Shown here piece by piece: positions 1-12,885 of a stretch of DNA of 64,000 nt. The notes beneath the pieces are model-generated. The model saw only the letters and a list, made by a program, of their open reading frames with translations, made no database searches and was not told the origin of the DNA. Both the position numbers and the translations under genes were made by a program. The DNA comes from Phoronis australis. Lineage: Eukaryota; Animalia; Phoronida. The stretch lies in assembly GCA_002633005.1 (NCBI GenBank), contig NMRA01000682.1:29450-93449 (forward strand), in the 5' to 3' direction. How positions within the stretch are numbered: position 1 is the stretch's first letter; each line of letters starts with the position of its first letter.

Positions 1-1200
1 GGTAACCGATATTGCAGTGTCGGTGCCGTTTTTACTGACATTGGTCATGAACCTATCATGTGATATCCAAATTGTTAAGAAACGATTCTGTTTGAAGCAG
101 AAACTGGAGTAGAAAATTTGGTCAAAAATGACTCATTCCACACCAAGAAATTGCCTCATTTTGCCCCCCAGAACACTTCCCTTGTATCTCCTAAACCACC
201 AAACTTTGTGGTGTCATACTTCACCCATTTTCTCTCATCCCTAATGTGATTTATCAGACTAAACACGGATCTGAATGGTTGACCCCCCACCTTGCCGCTT
301 GTTGGCTGTACTGTGGTCGTTGGATCCGTGGACTGATACTTAAGCGATGCCCACTGGGAGTCTGACTCGGCTGGTACCCAGTTGCATGCATTCATCCTGC
401 AACATCCGTGGGATATCGGGAAAGCAGGTCCAGGTACAATATGCAGAACGTTAACCCCTATCTTGGCGACTATGCCTGTATTTTCACTGCCGCCAATTCC
501 TAACACGTCCTTGACCCAGTGTATCTTGAAAGTTACTGCAATTGCAAGCTTAAAGGAGAATGCCACTAAAAACAACGTATTTTGTATCAGTTTATATCGA
601 GTAATTCCATTTCTATAACAGCAAGTTCAGTTCTTTTACGTGGAAACAGACGGCAGACGGAGGAGCTGAAATTAATCAATTACGTCATAGGTTCTTACTC
701 AGTATGTTCAGCAGTTGATAGACACGCTTACTGGGGTCAGCTTATCGTTGTCTTAATCGCTTTACACCAATAAATCATCAGAATTCGATGCAACACCTTT
801 ACAAATGCATTGAATTTTTAAACAAACGAGTTGTTTGATTTCGCTGTTACGACTTTACGAAAATCTTGAGCGTACTGTAGCCCCAGTTTAGTTTGGTAGG
901 CAAACCTACCGAGGTCGGTAGTTTGGATCTGTTCGGTGATAAATTAGAATCATTCTTCTCTGAAATAAAGACAAGAGACCATAGCCGTGTGTTGTAATTT
1001 TAGACTTACGAATAATTTTTAAGTTTAACACACAGAACGCTCGTTGTATCCCGGTGGCTCAGAATCCGACCAGGCACGTCACCGGCGGCGGGACTGGAGA
1101 CATCACGAACATAAACCAGTCGTGTTAGTCGGCTGTCAAATTTAAAAAAATAAACTTCCAGTCACGATAAGACTTGACCAGTGAACAAAATAAATAATGT

Positions 1201-3883
1201 TGTCACGTTTTTCCCCGTGTGTGGGGTGGGCGCAGGTTGTTACAGATCGGTGCTATTAGCTTTCGGTGCGACGATTGACTGAAGACTGGTTCGAGTGTAC
1301 GTTCACTAGCCTACTCAAAGAAAACTTCCGACGTAATGTCTGTTTATGCTCCAGCCAGTGCTGCGAAGCCTTAACTTGTGATGAACTTCTGAGACACGTT
1401 CACAACTGTTACACTCGTCGATTCAATAACCTTCTGTCTCTATAGCTGGCTCGCTATTGATTACCGCTGTAACTGCTGATTCTCTTCACTGCAACTCAAC
1501 TGTAATTCTCCTGATTAATTTCCTTGAACTGACTTGATCTTCTCTTGAACTGACTTGATCTCACTGACTTGATCTGACTAACACAAACCCGTGCTTTTGT
1601 ATTTATAGCCTAATGCATTGTTCTGGAACTTTACATCAAGTCAAGCACATTCTAGAACTTTCCTGAATCTACCCAATCATTCTACAAACATATACTAGTC
1701 TCTAGAATGTTCCAGACCGCATTAATCACTGCCATGCTAAAGTCTTCTAGAAAGTTCAACACTATACTGCAGTAAACAAATTACATCATGACCACTGAAC
1801 TCAGTCTACTAGAAAGTTCCATACTATTCTGTATTAAACAAATTACATCATCATTGTACTTAACTCAGGGGTCATGCCAATCAAACAGATCAATAAAACA
1901 AAACAATACAACTAAAATTACCGTGAGACCATATTCTGACAACACACCCCTGCCAAAGAGAAAACTACTATATAATTTTCTAACACAAAATAATCTGGCA
2001 TATACATAAAATCTTGTGCCTCTGTATCCATCTCTAAGTATCTGATTCCCTTGTCGGAAACTGGAGCTATAGGGCCAATAAGATCAATCGCGATCCTTTT
2101 GAAAGGCTCCTTCATCAAAGGCATCTCTCCCAGAGGTACCTTGGTCACACGACATTTAGGGATTGTCTTCTGGCAGATGTCGCATGATCTGCAGAATCGG
2201 GTCACTTCTGATGCCACTCCTGGCCAATAGCAACTGCTGGTGATACGGTCAGTTGTCTTCCTAACACCGAGGTGTCCACCGAGTATAGTCTCATGAGCGA
2301 GCCTCATTACGGTCTTCCGTAAACTACTCGGGACGACAACTTGTTTCACCTCGTCACCGTCTTTCTTTTTGAACATCCGATAGAGTATTCCTCGTTGAAC
2401 CTCCATCATGTACGACCCCTTGCCTTGGGTCTGTCACTGACTTTGGGTTCAGCTTGCTCCCATAACGTTTTCATTGATGAATCTCCATGCTAGGCTTCCT
2501 TGAACAGCTGTAGTCCCACCTCATTTATGGTCGGGGACACAGCTAACGCTTTAATGTCGGATTTCTGTCGCTCTACCTGAGCTCTGGTAGTCACTGCTAC
2601 CGCTTCCCTGCTGGATTCATCAGGATCTGTTCCTACCGTCGTGTCGGCCACCTCTTCTCTCTCTGGAATTGAGGTCACTGGGTTTTCCTCTTAGAAAGTA
2701 GTACCCTTCTGAGAGTCATCTTTCCGACCCTCCACAAGGCCATTGCCTATATTGTCCTCGTTGGCAGTTGTTGCTCTCTGCTGTCGCCCAACATCGCCTG
2801 GGTCCAAGGCGCCAGGCACGTCCCCGATAATCAAATCGGCCACTGGACGCTTCATGCACATCGCAAACACTTCTCCTGTGTAGTACGGTGTCTTGATGTT
2901 GATCTTTGCGACAGGCAGCCATTTCTTCGTAGAATCCGCCAACTTGCATGACCATTTCCGGCAGGTCATATCTCATGGTTCGACTAAACTGGATCGAACC
3001 ACTATCGTTGTGCAGCCTGTGTGTCTCAACACTGAGACCTTCTTCATGCCAACATACCCCTCCTTCAGACGCAGCTTTCCTTTGAAGACGCGTTCAGGGT
3101 TAGCATGCTTCACCGAATCCTTACTCTGAGAACCTCGGTCGCTGACCGCTGTTGACTTTTGGAGTTGCTTCCTCTGCAGACACAGTTCTTGTCCGAGGGC
3201 CATTAACTCCCTTAGTTGAGATCTTGTCTCAAAGGGGGTTCCTAATTTCAACAGTCCACTTCATCACACCTTGTTACCGTCAGTAAGCTCCTGGCGTGCT
3301 CGCCAATTGTCACGTTTTTCCCCGTGTGTGGGGTGGGCGCGGTGCTACGATTAACTGAAGACTGGTTCGAGTTAATTCTTTATTAATCCCGACCGTATGT
3401 TCACAAGCTTATTCAATCAAAACGCCCGACGTAATGTCTGTTTATGCTCCAGCCAGTGCTGCGAAGCCTTGACTTGTGATGAACTTCTGAGACACATTCA
3501 GCAACTGTTACACTCGTCGATTCAATAACCTGCTGTCTCTATAGCTGGATCTCTATTGATTACCGCTGTAACTGCTGATTCTCTTCACTGCAACTCAACT
3601 GTAATTCTCCTGATTGACTTCCTTGAACTGACTTGATCTCACTGACTTGATCTCCTGACTTGATCTTCTGATGAACTAACTTTATCTCACTGACTTGATC
3701 TAACACAAACCCGTGCTTTTGTATTTATAGCCTAATGCATTGTTCTGGAACTTTACATCAATTCAAGCACATTCTAGAACTTTCCTAAATCTACCCAATC
3801 GTTCTACAAACATATACTAGTCTCTAGAATATTCCAGACTGCGTTAATCACTGACATGCTAGAGTCTTCTAGAAAGTTTCACA
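1201..3883 (-). mobile_element. Internally deleted Ty3/Gypsy LTR retrotransposon (Gmr1-like domain order)
   Basis: 3' LTR at 1201-1941 (TG...CA) and 5' LTR at 3308-~3883 (outer end truncated). PBS TGGCGAGCACGCCAGGAG (3288-3305) resembles the complement of a tRNA-Arg 3' end. Purine-rich PPT abuts 1941. Remnants include protease (VLRHTGCTTIVV, degenerate DTG), integrase HHCC (AHETILGGHLG...CRSCDICQK) and core start EPFKRIAIDLIGP. Confidence 0.92.
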
Positions 3884-3980
3884 CAAATCTACTTACACGT
3901 CGTGTGCCGCGAAGCCAGGTTCCCCTTCCACGGAACCCGGCCGTACGTACCAAAAGGTGTATAATAACAATTTTATCAAA

Positions 3981-3983
<3 letters not shown>

Positions 3984-4040
<57 letters not shown>
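3984..4040. repeat. (TA)n microsatellite
   Basis: Directly visible. It lies inside Kolobok copy 1 where the middle of the element is missing. Confidence 0.95.
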
Positions 4041-4044
<4 letters not shown>

Positions 4045-4619
4045 ATTCCCCTAACCCTCGTGGCTTTCATTCTTTACTGCCTCAAACCACTTCCAAAGCA
4101 TTTAGCGTTCTCGAGAATAAACGATATACCCACTTTCCTAGCATTTTCATAGTTTATAAGCGGGAGCGATACGCCACACCATAGCGGCACACAGTGAGCT
4201 GAAGAACCACTGACGCCTCTGTGTTGTGTACGTACCTTCCTCACAGGTTAACGCAACACATCTCGGCGAGGTGAGACCGACCGTACAGAAGGTGATGTGG
4301 ATAAAGAACGATTAAGACTGTAAAAAACGAAATAAATCGGGTGGCATACTCCTTTAAGCCCATTAATACAGGCAAAAACACCACTAAGTTTGATCGATGG
4401 CTTCTTTAGGGGGTTAATAGCTTTTTAGCTATGTGAAGGGATCGGTAACTACGTGTAACTGGTTGCGTTGTTGTATTGTCGTGGCAATTGGGAAGCTCTA
4501 TTACTTGCAGTGCTATCACCCTGGTACACCATGTCAAAATTGCCTAGCGATACCCAACTTTCTGCATCTGCGACTAGAATGCTTGGAATATAGATTCCAG
4601 CACCTACCTGGTCATGTTT

Positions 4620-5370
4620 CATTTAGAGCATCCGTGTAACAAACCACCTAATTCTTGTGTTCTGCTGTAGGGCATCCATCACCAATCTTTGTGAAGACAT
4701 TATTTGTTTGATTTAAAGCTGCGAACTGGATATCACTATGCCTGTGCAACAGTTGCCCAGTTCTAGTCATTAGCTTATTATTGCACATGTTCCTGTGATT
4801 TCTGTGTTCAACATAATCAGGGATGTGAGTTTTCACCCAATGAACATCATGTCTGAGACAAAGCGCTGAATATTTGACTTCGCTCTCAAAGTACATGCAC
4901 GGTGGATCTAGACCGATTGCCATTTTTAGGGTTGTAAAAGGCCATCCTGGAAAAGCAGACGAAAAAGCTAGATGTTACATCTGACTAAGTTTGTTGATAA
5001 CTGTACACTGATTCAACGCCGTCACCCATACTGGCATAGCATATGGCAGTATAGGTCGGATGACGGCAGCGCACATGTAAATCTAGGACATACATGTATT
5101 ATTAGGAGACATTCTCAAAGTTTTACCCAGCGCACGGCAGCATCTCACCAGCACAGTTTTGACTTTCGATATTTTTTATAATATGCGGAATCAAGGAAAG
5201 CGATGTCTTAAAATGACACTTGGGCTGCCTTGTCTAAAAATCAAGACGTTTGCCATTCGTTAAAGGGAGGGCTGACCATTTACGCTTCAAGGTGACCATA
5301 ACTACCTTTGTTCTTCTGCCGCTAATTTCTAAGCCAACTTACTTAGCCCATGTGACTACTGTATTCAGTG
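4620..5370 (-). mobile_element. Degenerate LINE (RT thumb / C-terminal region) remnant
   Basis: Minus-strand frames give broken fragments resembling the 'L.F..HI....K....L' and 'Y...VW' region of CR1/L2-type RTs, with many stops. Confidence 0.35.
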
Positions 5371-8300
5371 CTTTTTAGGCAAGCTAGCAACATGTGTCAA
5401 GAATGATGCTGGACACACTGAGAACATTATCGTGTGTATAGGCTTCAGCATACAGACGTGGACGTATGTCCACCGATGAATGTCGAAGTAGGCCACCCAT
5501 AACCATGTTGAAGAGGAAGGTGAAGATCCGTCATCATGAAGTGATCCCCTAGTGATGAGAGCCGTCACACTGGCACCCTCAAGACAAGCAGTTACGTATT
5601 AGTTTCCGAGCGTACATGTATTAATAACCCATCTGGTTATGATCACGTTGCCTTTGAACTACGATGAGCTGGGATTTTGAAACACTACACGTATCAGTAC
5701 TACTAATGTTTACATTTTGAAGCAATGTGTTCATTGCCAACTTTCTATACAAAGTCCTACACTGTTAACAATGTAATGAAAATTTTTCAATCATGGGTTG
5801 TTACCCATTTTTGTCTATCAACAATTCTTGTCTGCAAACTTCAAATTGTAGTTATTGGTTGATCAAACGTTTTAAAAGACAATGCTTCCGGAATTTTTGA
5901 TGAAGAATATAATTGTATCAGTTAATGTACTAATATAAATAATTTTGGATGAATATCTGACTAAATTCTTCACAGAAGCTGTGTCTTTTCCTGTAAGAAT
6001 CTGTTGAATCATTGAAACTTTATGCTGGTTTAATTGGTTATTTATAGAACTGTACTTTTATTTCCGTTTTGTTACAATGAGATCCTAAATCAATTGGCAT
6101 TACGAACTAATTAGTTGACTAACTAGTAAACTAATCATCCAATTAGTACATGAATGGTTTCATTCTTTTACGCATTTATTTGTAATATTCTTGTTTTTTG
6201 AGACCTCTCAGGTATGCAAACTTATAATTTTTCAAAAGTAATATATTTACGTTTTGCGTCAGTAACAACCTTACATTATAGCTAATGAAGAGATTTCTAA
6301 GGACGACACTCTTATGCAATTCGACTAAAACGGCGTAGTTGAGAACAGTTTTATGAACAGTAAAGACGGGGACACATTCCCGTTGGCCTTCTGTTAAAAT
6401 ATATTTAGTTGTTTTTTAAGCTACATGTAGGTATACAATTTTGGTGTCGCACTAAGGCTCGGATAGTGGTTGATCATGAGGGGATTTCTTAAGGTAACTA
6501 TAAACTTTAGATATTCTTGTAAAACATTTGTACGTCTAGATGAATTCGCGTTATGAATAGCAGCTACATGTAGGCAGCGGCAGTACGCACGGCTTTCTTC
6601 CCCTATTGTAAGCAGACAATCCTCCGTTTGACAGTGTTTGAGGCCATTGGAACTCAAAATGACCCATAAATATAGATGGAATTTGTCATAACAGCTCTAA
6701 ACTTATTTCATTTGTACTAAACAAACAGTCCATCACCAGCTTCATGTGCAGTGCAGGATAGACGCGGGAAACATGAAAGCAAGCAGGAGCCACGCATTTG
6801 CGGCGCGGAATTCCATGTCTATAGTTCTATGGTGAGACTGATGAAGTGAAATACATGCACACTGTTTTTCATAAATGTACAGTATTTTGGCCACCTACTA
6901 CATGTACGTCACTGGTGGCAAATGGAGCCTTGCAGCTTTTCCGCAGAAAGTTCAAAAGTTTAGAGATATCCTCAATACAATGCTATTCATCAATAAAATG
7001 CCTAATGTAGTCCTATTAATAAACGAAAAAAGTATTTGTGGACAGATTCTTCATTTTTATGAAAAATGAAGGATACAATTATGGCCAGGGCAGTTCGAAA
7101 AACTGAAATGGCAGAAGGAATGGGTAATGGCTAGAGTCCAAACCGTTATAATTTCGAGCAGCAAATCGAAGCAAATGGACAGGAGTTGAACTCTTCGTCT
7201 AAAAATCTGTTTAACATGAATTGATCAATTTAATTAGAAAAACCCCGGAACATTCATCGGACCACATTAATTTCTCATGTTGAATAAAATGATTGACACT
7301 TGTACCTGCTGACCCATCCAGTGAAGTTCATTGTAAATCAAATTGTTGTGCTCAAAAATACTCACAAATTTAAAATCCTGCATGTAGAACCTCGGAGGTA
7401 TTTGACGTGTTGCAAATGCCCGAAATGGTTAACGCCCATAGAGACAATTATAAGTCCAAATAAATAGCTCATGCCATTTTAAAGAGGATTTAGCCCTAAT
7501 TCATAAAACATTCTTTGAATGAAGGGTTCGAGAATAAGGTGCGGGATAATCGAAAATTAGTTATTTCTTTGAAGACAACGACTAGATCATGGTAAAGGTA
7601 TTGATGCCTGCAATACAAACACGAAAAATTATCAAAATCGCACCGTGCATTCTCTATTTTCTGTCAAGTGTTGACTCACATTTTGATCAGGTCGGCCATC
7701 TTCGATGACCACGAACTTGTGTTTAAAGATTAGTTTCACAAATCCTTTGCATCATAACTTAGTGATACTTATATTTACCTACCATTCTGTACGATTCAGG
7801 AGTTTTTACCTGAGCTTTTGACCACTCAGATGTTACCTATTGAGTACATGTAGACTGTTCAAAAATCACCTTGGACGTGTCACATTTCCGATGGCAAAGA
7901 AATAAGTCGACTTGGATGAACTAAATGACATATATAGTCTTCGGTGAAGAATTAACTAGGATGCATTTGATGCTACTCTGCAACCAAAACAAGCTGCGTA
8001 CAAATTTCCGGTGTCTGTCTGAAAACTATAAGAATAATTGTAAATTTTTAATGTGAAGTGGCCATTCAAATGATCTTGCACTGTGCTAAAAACCTTGAAA
8101 AATGTTTGGAACCATTTTTTGTTTGAAGGTCCAAACTTTACTTCAATGTATGTGACACAAATTTTGTTGAATTGTAAGTATAAATTGTGCATTTGACTCA
8201 TGTTTTGTAACTTGTTATTTTCAACTGCAGGTTGCATTAAGGCAATTAAATATAAAACATCTGATTTACAGCAACTTGCTACACTGAGTCGCCATGGAAA

Positions 8301-9005
8301 CATGTTTTTGTTGTTTGTTTTGTCGAAATGTTCTTAAGTACATTTTATGTTACTTTATGTGAGAAATAGTAGTTAGGAACTTTACTGTGCTGAGATCACT
8401 TCAGTTTTATCTGGCTAAAAGTTTGAAACCCCTATGTCTAATATTTTCAACAGATGCCATTTTATCTCATATAGGAATGTGACATTAAGTGACGTCACGG
8501 GCGTCATCAGCTTATGATGGTCCCCATAATACTAGTAGCATTATGTAACGATTGTCAGGAAATAAGTTGGGCGTTATCAGGGCACATCGAGCAGTTACTA
8601 GCTGACGCGGGGGTGGGCACAGGTAACATATATGAACGATGAATGGTCTTCAAATTGTTAACTGTCGTTGGTGGTTCAGCGCATGTGATAATCTATGGAA
8701 GACATGCACGTGACATCGCTTGCTGAATAGAAACATTTTGGATAATCAAAGATGTGGTATTCATACACGTTATGAGAAATGGAATAAAATCAACCTCGGG
8801 TACCAAAGTAATCAAGCGGAAGTGTCGTAGAGTTTGTTTCAGTGAGGAGTACGTTCACAACGTCAATTCTTGGGCAGATGGTCAGTAAAACGTTAAACAT
8901 TAAAAACAAAACGCACTTCACTTCATATGGACGTTCCGGTATTAATCAGAATCGTCATTAGGATTCGATCATTAATGAATCAACGAAATTCCTTTCCAAA
9001 CCCTT

Positions 9006-9011
9006 TTTATT
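9006..9011 (-). terminator. candidate polyadenylation signal AATAAA of the ZP gene
   Basis: First AATAAA I found on the minus strand downstream of the stop, about 575 nt away. The context is AT-rich, so other sites are possible. Confidence 0.4.
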
Positions 9012-9585
9012 CCATCTTAACAGCATCATATTCCAATCATATAGAATTAGCTGAAACAGAAGATCTTGGATATTATACATATGTATACCTTGATTAGGAT
9101 AGTGCCGATATTCTTAGTTTCTGATAATTATAATTCCTGTATTGCATATAAAATGCAATAATCAAACAACAAGTCTTATACATGTATAATCTTAGCTTTG
9201 TTTTTATCTAATTATATAATAAAAGCGTATCATATGTTCTAGTTTGCTGTTTTAAAAACCAAGATTTTGTCAAGTTCATAAAAATTGACCCTCAACGGTA
9301 TACCAAGAACTGGTGGTGGCCATTTCGGTTGGGAGTTATCAAAATTTCAAACACATGAACGCAATTTGATATACAGACTGTGTTTTGAAAGCGTAAGATG
9401 AAGTTGAAGTTGCCCAATATTGCATTCATGAAGTTCACTTGATTCAATTTACCCTGAACGAAATGGAAGGGTATTTTGTAAATTACGTGATTCAAATTGA
9501 AGAAACCTGGTCAAGAAAGCATCCCGGTTACTCTAACGCGATCAATGAAAAAAAGTCAACGAATTAGCGTTCAACAATAACTTGA

Positions 9586-9782
9586 TTAAGCCGTTGCAGT
9601 GTAAACTGGGTTGTCTTTTCCCGTCAAGACGACCTGCTTCTTCGCCTGTGCTCCAAAGTAGGCAGCGACGCCAATGGTTAGCACGAGAAGCACAGCGAGA
9701 ACAACCACCACCACATAGAAGACGGTGTTGCTGGTGTATCCGGTGCAAATAGGTTGCGAGCCTGTTTTTATATCCTCATTTT
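9586..9782 (-). CDS. ZP-domain protein exon 8 (TM helix, NPxY tail, stop)
   Basis: tatttcag|AA acceptor (phase 1). Peptide ENEDIKTGSQPICTGYTSNTVFYVVVVVLAVLLVLTIGVAAYFGAQAKKQVVLTGKDNPVYTATA*. The eight exons total 1137 nt, open throughout. Confidence 0.92.
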
Positions 9783-9936
9783 CTGAAATAGGCATACAGA
9801 AAACAAAATAATAAGTTGTACCAGGGCTTGGTCTTCCGTCTAGGCATAGTTAGAAAATGACAAAAAGAGGACAACTGCACTGAATAAGCTTGACATCGAT
9901 TTGGACTCACAGCCGAAATTTAGGTTCACATGTAGG

Positions 9937-9974
9937 CCGAGAGAGGGAGGGAGGGAGGGAGGGAGGGAGGGAGG
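9937..9974. repeat. (GGGA)n microsatellite, left half (continues as GGGA/GA tract at 16016-16100)
   Basis: Directly visible; split by the 9975-16015 insertion. Confidence 0.9.
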
Positions 9975-11475
9975 CCCTTACAAAAATGAACTTAAGTTTT
10001 TCGCTGTTTCGCTGAAAACTTAAGTTTTTGGCGAAAAAACTTAAGTTTTTGGAAAATAACTTAAGTTTTAGAGGAAAAACTTAAGTTCTTCCGAAAAACT
10101 TAAGTTTTTAAAAGAAACTTAAGTTTTTAAAACTTAAGTTTTTCGCCAAAAACTTAAGTTTTTCAGCACAATGTTAAGTTTTTCAGAAAACTTAAGTTTT
10201 TCAGAAAACTTAAGTTTTTTCACGTGTAAAACTTAAGTTTTCACAAATAAACTTAAGTTTCAAGCAATAACTTAAGTTTTCATGAAAACGTAAGTTTTTT
10301 GTACTAACAAAACTTAAGTTTTCCTGACTTCTTAAGTTTTTCACAAACTTTAGTTTTTCCAATAATAGAAACTTAAGTTTTCCTGACTTCTTAAGTTTTT
10401 CAGAAAACTGGATTTTTTCATGTGTGGAAAACTTGAATTTTCTAAAAACTCTAAGGTTTCTATGTGATGAAAATTTACGTTTTCAAGTTTTTAAAATTTG
10501 AATATAGTGAGATATTTAATTTTTGGTTCGAAATTTTTCCGATTATTTTCCAACAAAAAAATTATTGTTTGCTCATGCAAAACCTATCATCTTATAAAAA
10601 TGTTGCCCGAATGTTTCCTTAACATTTATATAGATACAAACCATAAAACGACGAACGTTTAACCTGGTAAGTACTGATTTAGTGCAATTACGTAATCATT
10701 ATCGCACGTCTTAAATTATAAAATTTAAATGTAGACGAACATCCGGTGACCAACAGCAGTAAGAATGCGCCCAATGTTAATCCCCTGAGACACTGACCTG
10801 GTCAGTACTATGTAATCAATAGAACTCGTGCAATTCTTGAAAAAAACGTAGTTATTGTGCAAGTTTCCTTTGTGTTGAGTTGTATTCGTAAGGCAGTTTC
10901 CACCGGAAGTCAACGGTTTGAATTTTATAAGCGCCAGTCAATTTCGAAGAAAAAGTCGTGTGTTGGCTAGCCCGCGACAATGAAGTTTACGAGCAGAGCC
11001 AGCAAGAAGACATTTCAGAAGTTTTGGAAGTCAGGTTAGTGCCAGAGAACGTTCTAAAATCGCTTGGCTACTATCGGTGGTGTGATTTCCAACAAACGTG
11101 TCAAGTTCAGTTGTTACTGTCAGCCACTCACGAGTCACGCTGTCACATACATACCGTCATACTGACATGGACTCATTCTGTGTGTGAATTATTTAAACTT
11201 CTAACACGTAATATACTTCTGGAGGTCCATCAGAGGAAGCCATAACGTTCACATAAGGCTATTACTCTATTATATTTCTGTCTTCTGAGGTTGTGTCAGT
11301 GTGATCAATGCAAGGGGGGGGGGACTACCAAGGCAAAGTGTAATCATTTCCCAAGTTGGGTATAATTGGCATTGGTTGTGTATGCTTATGTCTTTGTTCG
11401 TAGTAATTCTTGGAAGCTCCTGATTTTGAAATCTCATATTACTACAGGTCAATAATTTGCAAGGTTCACTTGCCT

Positions 11476-11635
11476 CATCCACGCTCCCATCCTAAAATAT
11501 GGGGGGTGCTCAAATTTTTGGGCATGTTGACCTTTTACTAAAAAAATTTTTTTTGTTTCTATTAGGCCGACCTTTTCATGCCCACTTCAGCAAGTGAGGG
11601 GGTGCTCGTTCGAGCCTCCCCTGGGTGCGCGCATG
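11476..11635. mobile_element. MITE, CATGCGCGCACCCAG-TIR family
   Basis: 5-bp TSD TGCCT on both sides. Right TIR is CTGGGTGCGCGCATG; left TIR is degenerate. Confidence 0.75.
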
Positions 11636-12164
11636 TGCCTGGTTCTCAAAATTAAGAATCAGCTATGTAACTATTGTATTGCCTATTTTGACTGATTTGC
11701 TCATGTTTGTCGGGAGGATCTAGGTTATTGAATGCGAAATGACATTCCGATCACACTACTAGTAGGTACCCTATCTGGAATACCCCCAGGCATAGGTCAC
11801 AATGTACCCAAGTGAACTCTCACCAGTCAACATGTTAACTATTGTTATGCACAGTGAAACTTGCATAATTCCTATCTAATTGCACCAAATAATTCAATGC
11901 AAATAAGGAAAATCTGTGTGATTTGACTTTGGGATTGAGTTTGTGCTTTCGAATTTTTACCGGGATTGTAGAATACTAGAATGTCGCAAAAGTTTGCATA
12001 TTCAGACTTAAAATTTTCACATTCAATGCGAGTTCGACTGGTTTTATTGAAATCAAATATTTCAGTGTCACGGTGAAAGTGATAGTTAATCTGGGTACAA
12101 CTTTACCTAGGAGTTGGGTTGAGTTGAATATGGACTGACTAGAATGATTTCCCCATGTCTGTAG

Positions 12165-12518
12165 CACGGGTGAGAAACAACATGACTGCCGGTCCTCTTA
12201 AATCGGACCGACTCACCCAAAACAGGATCTCCGGGGATCAAATGGGACCGTCGCACCAGAAAATGGGATTGACGCACTTAAAAACATGACCTCCCCACCA
12301 GAAAACAGGACCGCCGGGGACTGAACATGACCGCCGGGGATTGAAACCGCAGTGACAAACAAGTCCCCGGCGATCCTGTTTTCTGGTGGGGCGGTCATGT
12401 TTTTAGGTGCGTCAGTCCCATTTTCTGGTGCGACGGTCCCATTTGATCCCCGGAGGTCCTGTTTTGGGTGAGTCAGTCCGATTTAGAGGACCGGCGGTCA
12501 TGTTGTTTCTCACCCGTG
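12165..12518. mobile_element. Foldback MITE (~155-bp inverted arms)
   Basis: Ends CACGGGTGAGAAACAACATGAC...GTCATGTTGTTTCTCACCCGTG, with 5-bp TSD TGTAG (12160-12164 / 12519-12523). Confidence 0.9.
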
Positions 12519-12721
12519 TGTAGGGGCATATTCTTTTCCCTCTAGAAATTTGCTTGGAACCTCATTTTAATATACTTGCAAATGTCAGCCAGTAAAGTGA
12601 TTGGTAGGAGTACAGGATATAGTTTTTTATGTTTACTGTAGTACATGAGATAATAATTCTATTTTTACTGTAAACTATTATGGTTACGTAAGACCTCTCA
12701 TGAAGACCATGCCAGTATCTT

Positions 12722-12885
12722 CAATGGTGGATTCAGAGGACAGCTAAGGGGCCATGGCCCCGGCCCCCTAAAACGCTACAAGTTCAATTGGCAGTTGGGG
12801 GGCAGAGGGTGAATGTCTGATGGGCAAAACCCTACTCTTCCCTTACCCCCCAACTCAAAATCCTGGATCCGCCCGACCACCCCTG
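12722..12885. mobile_element. MITE, CAG(T/G)GGCGGAT-TIR family
   Basis: 5-bp TSD ATCTT; GC-rich ends are shared with 21350, 28473, 30526 and 40042. Confidence 0.75.

Larger units (their letters stand above)
554..4353 (-). mobile_element. Kolobok-type non-autonomous DNA transposon, copy 1 (interrupted by an LTR element)
   Basis: TTAA at 550-553 and 4354-4357. TIRs are AGGAGAATGCCAC / GTGGCATACTCCT. Segments 554-1200 and 3885-4353 are reverse-complement homologs of 18400-19989 and 43535-45476. Degenerate THAP start near 4060-4182. Confidence 0.8.

Noticed and set aside
3856-4184. YIYIYI ORFs (also 21626-21841)
   Set aside because: (TA)n microsatellite read-through.
9985-10500. Palindromic repeat array resembling a CRISPR array (also 15590-16005)
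   Set aside because: Spacers are only a few nt, low-complexity and irregular. The arrays are mirror-image subterminal repeats of one TIR element in a eukaryotic intron, and no cas genes are present.
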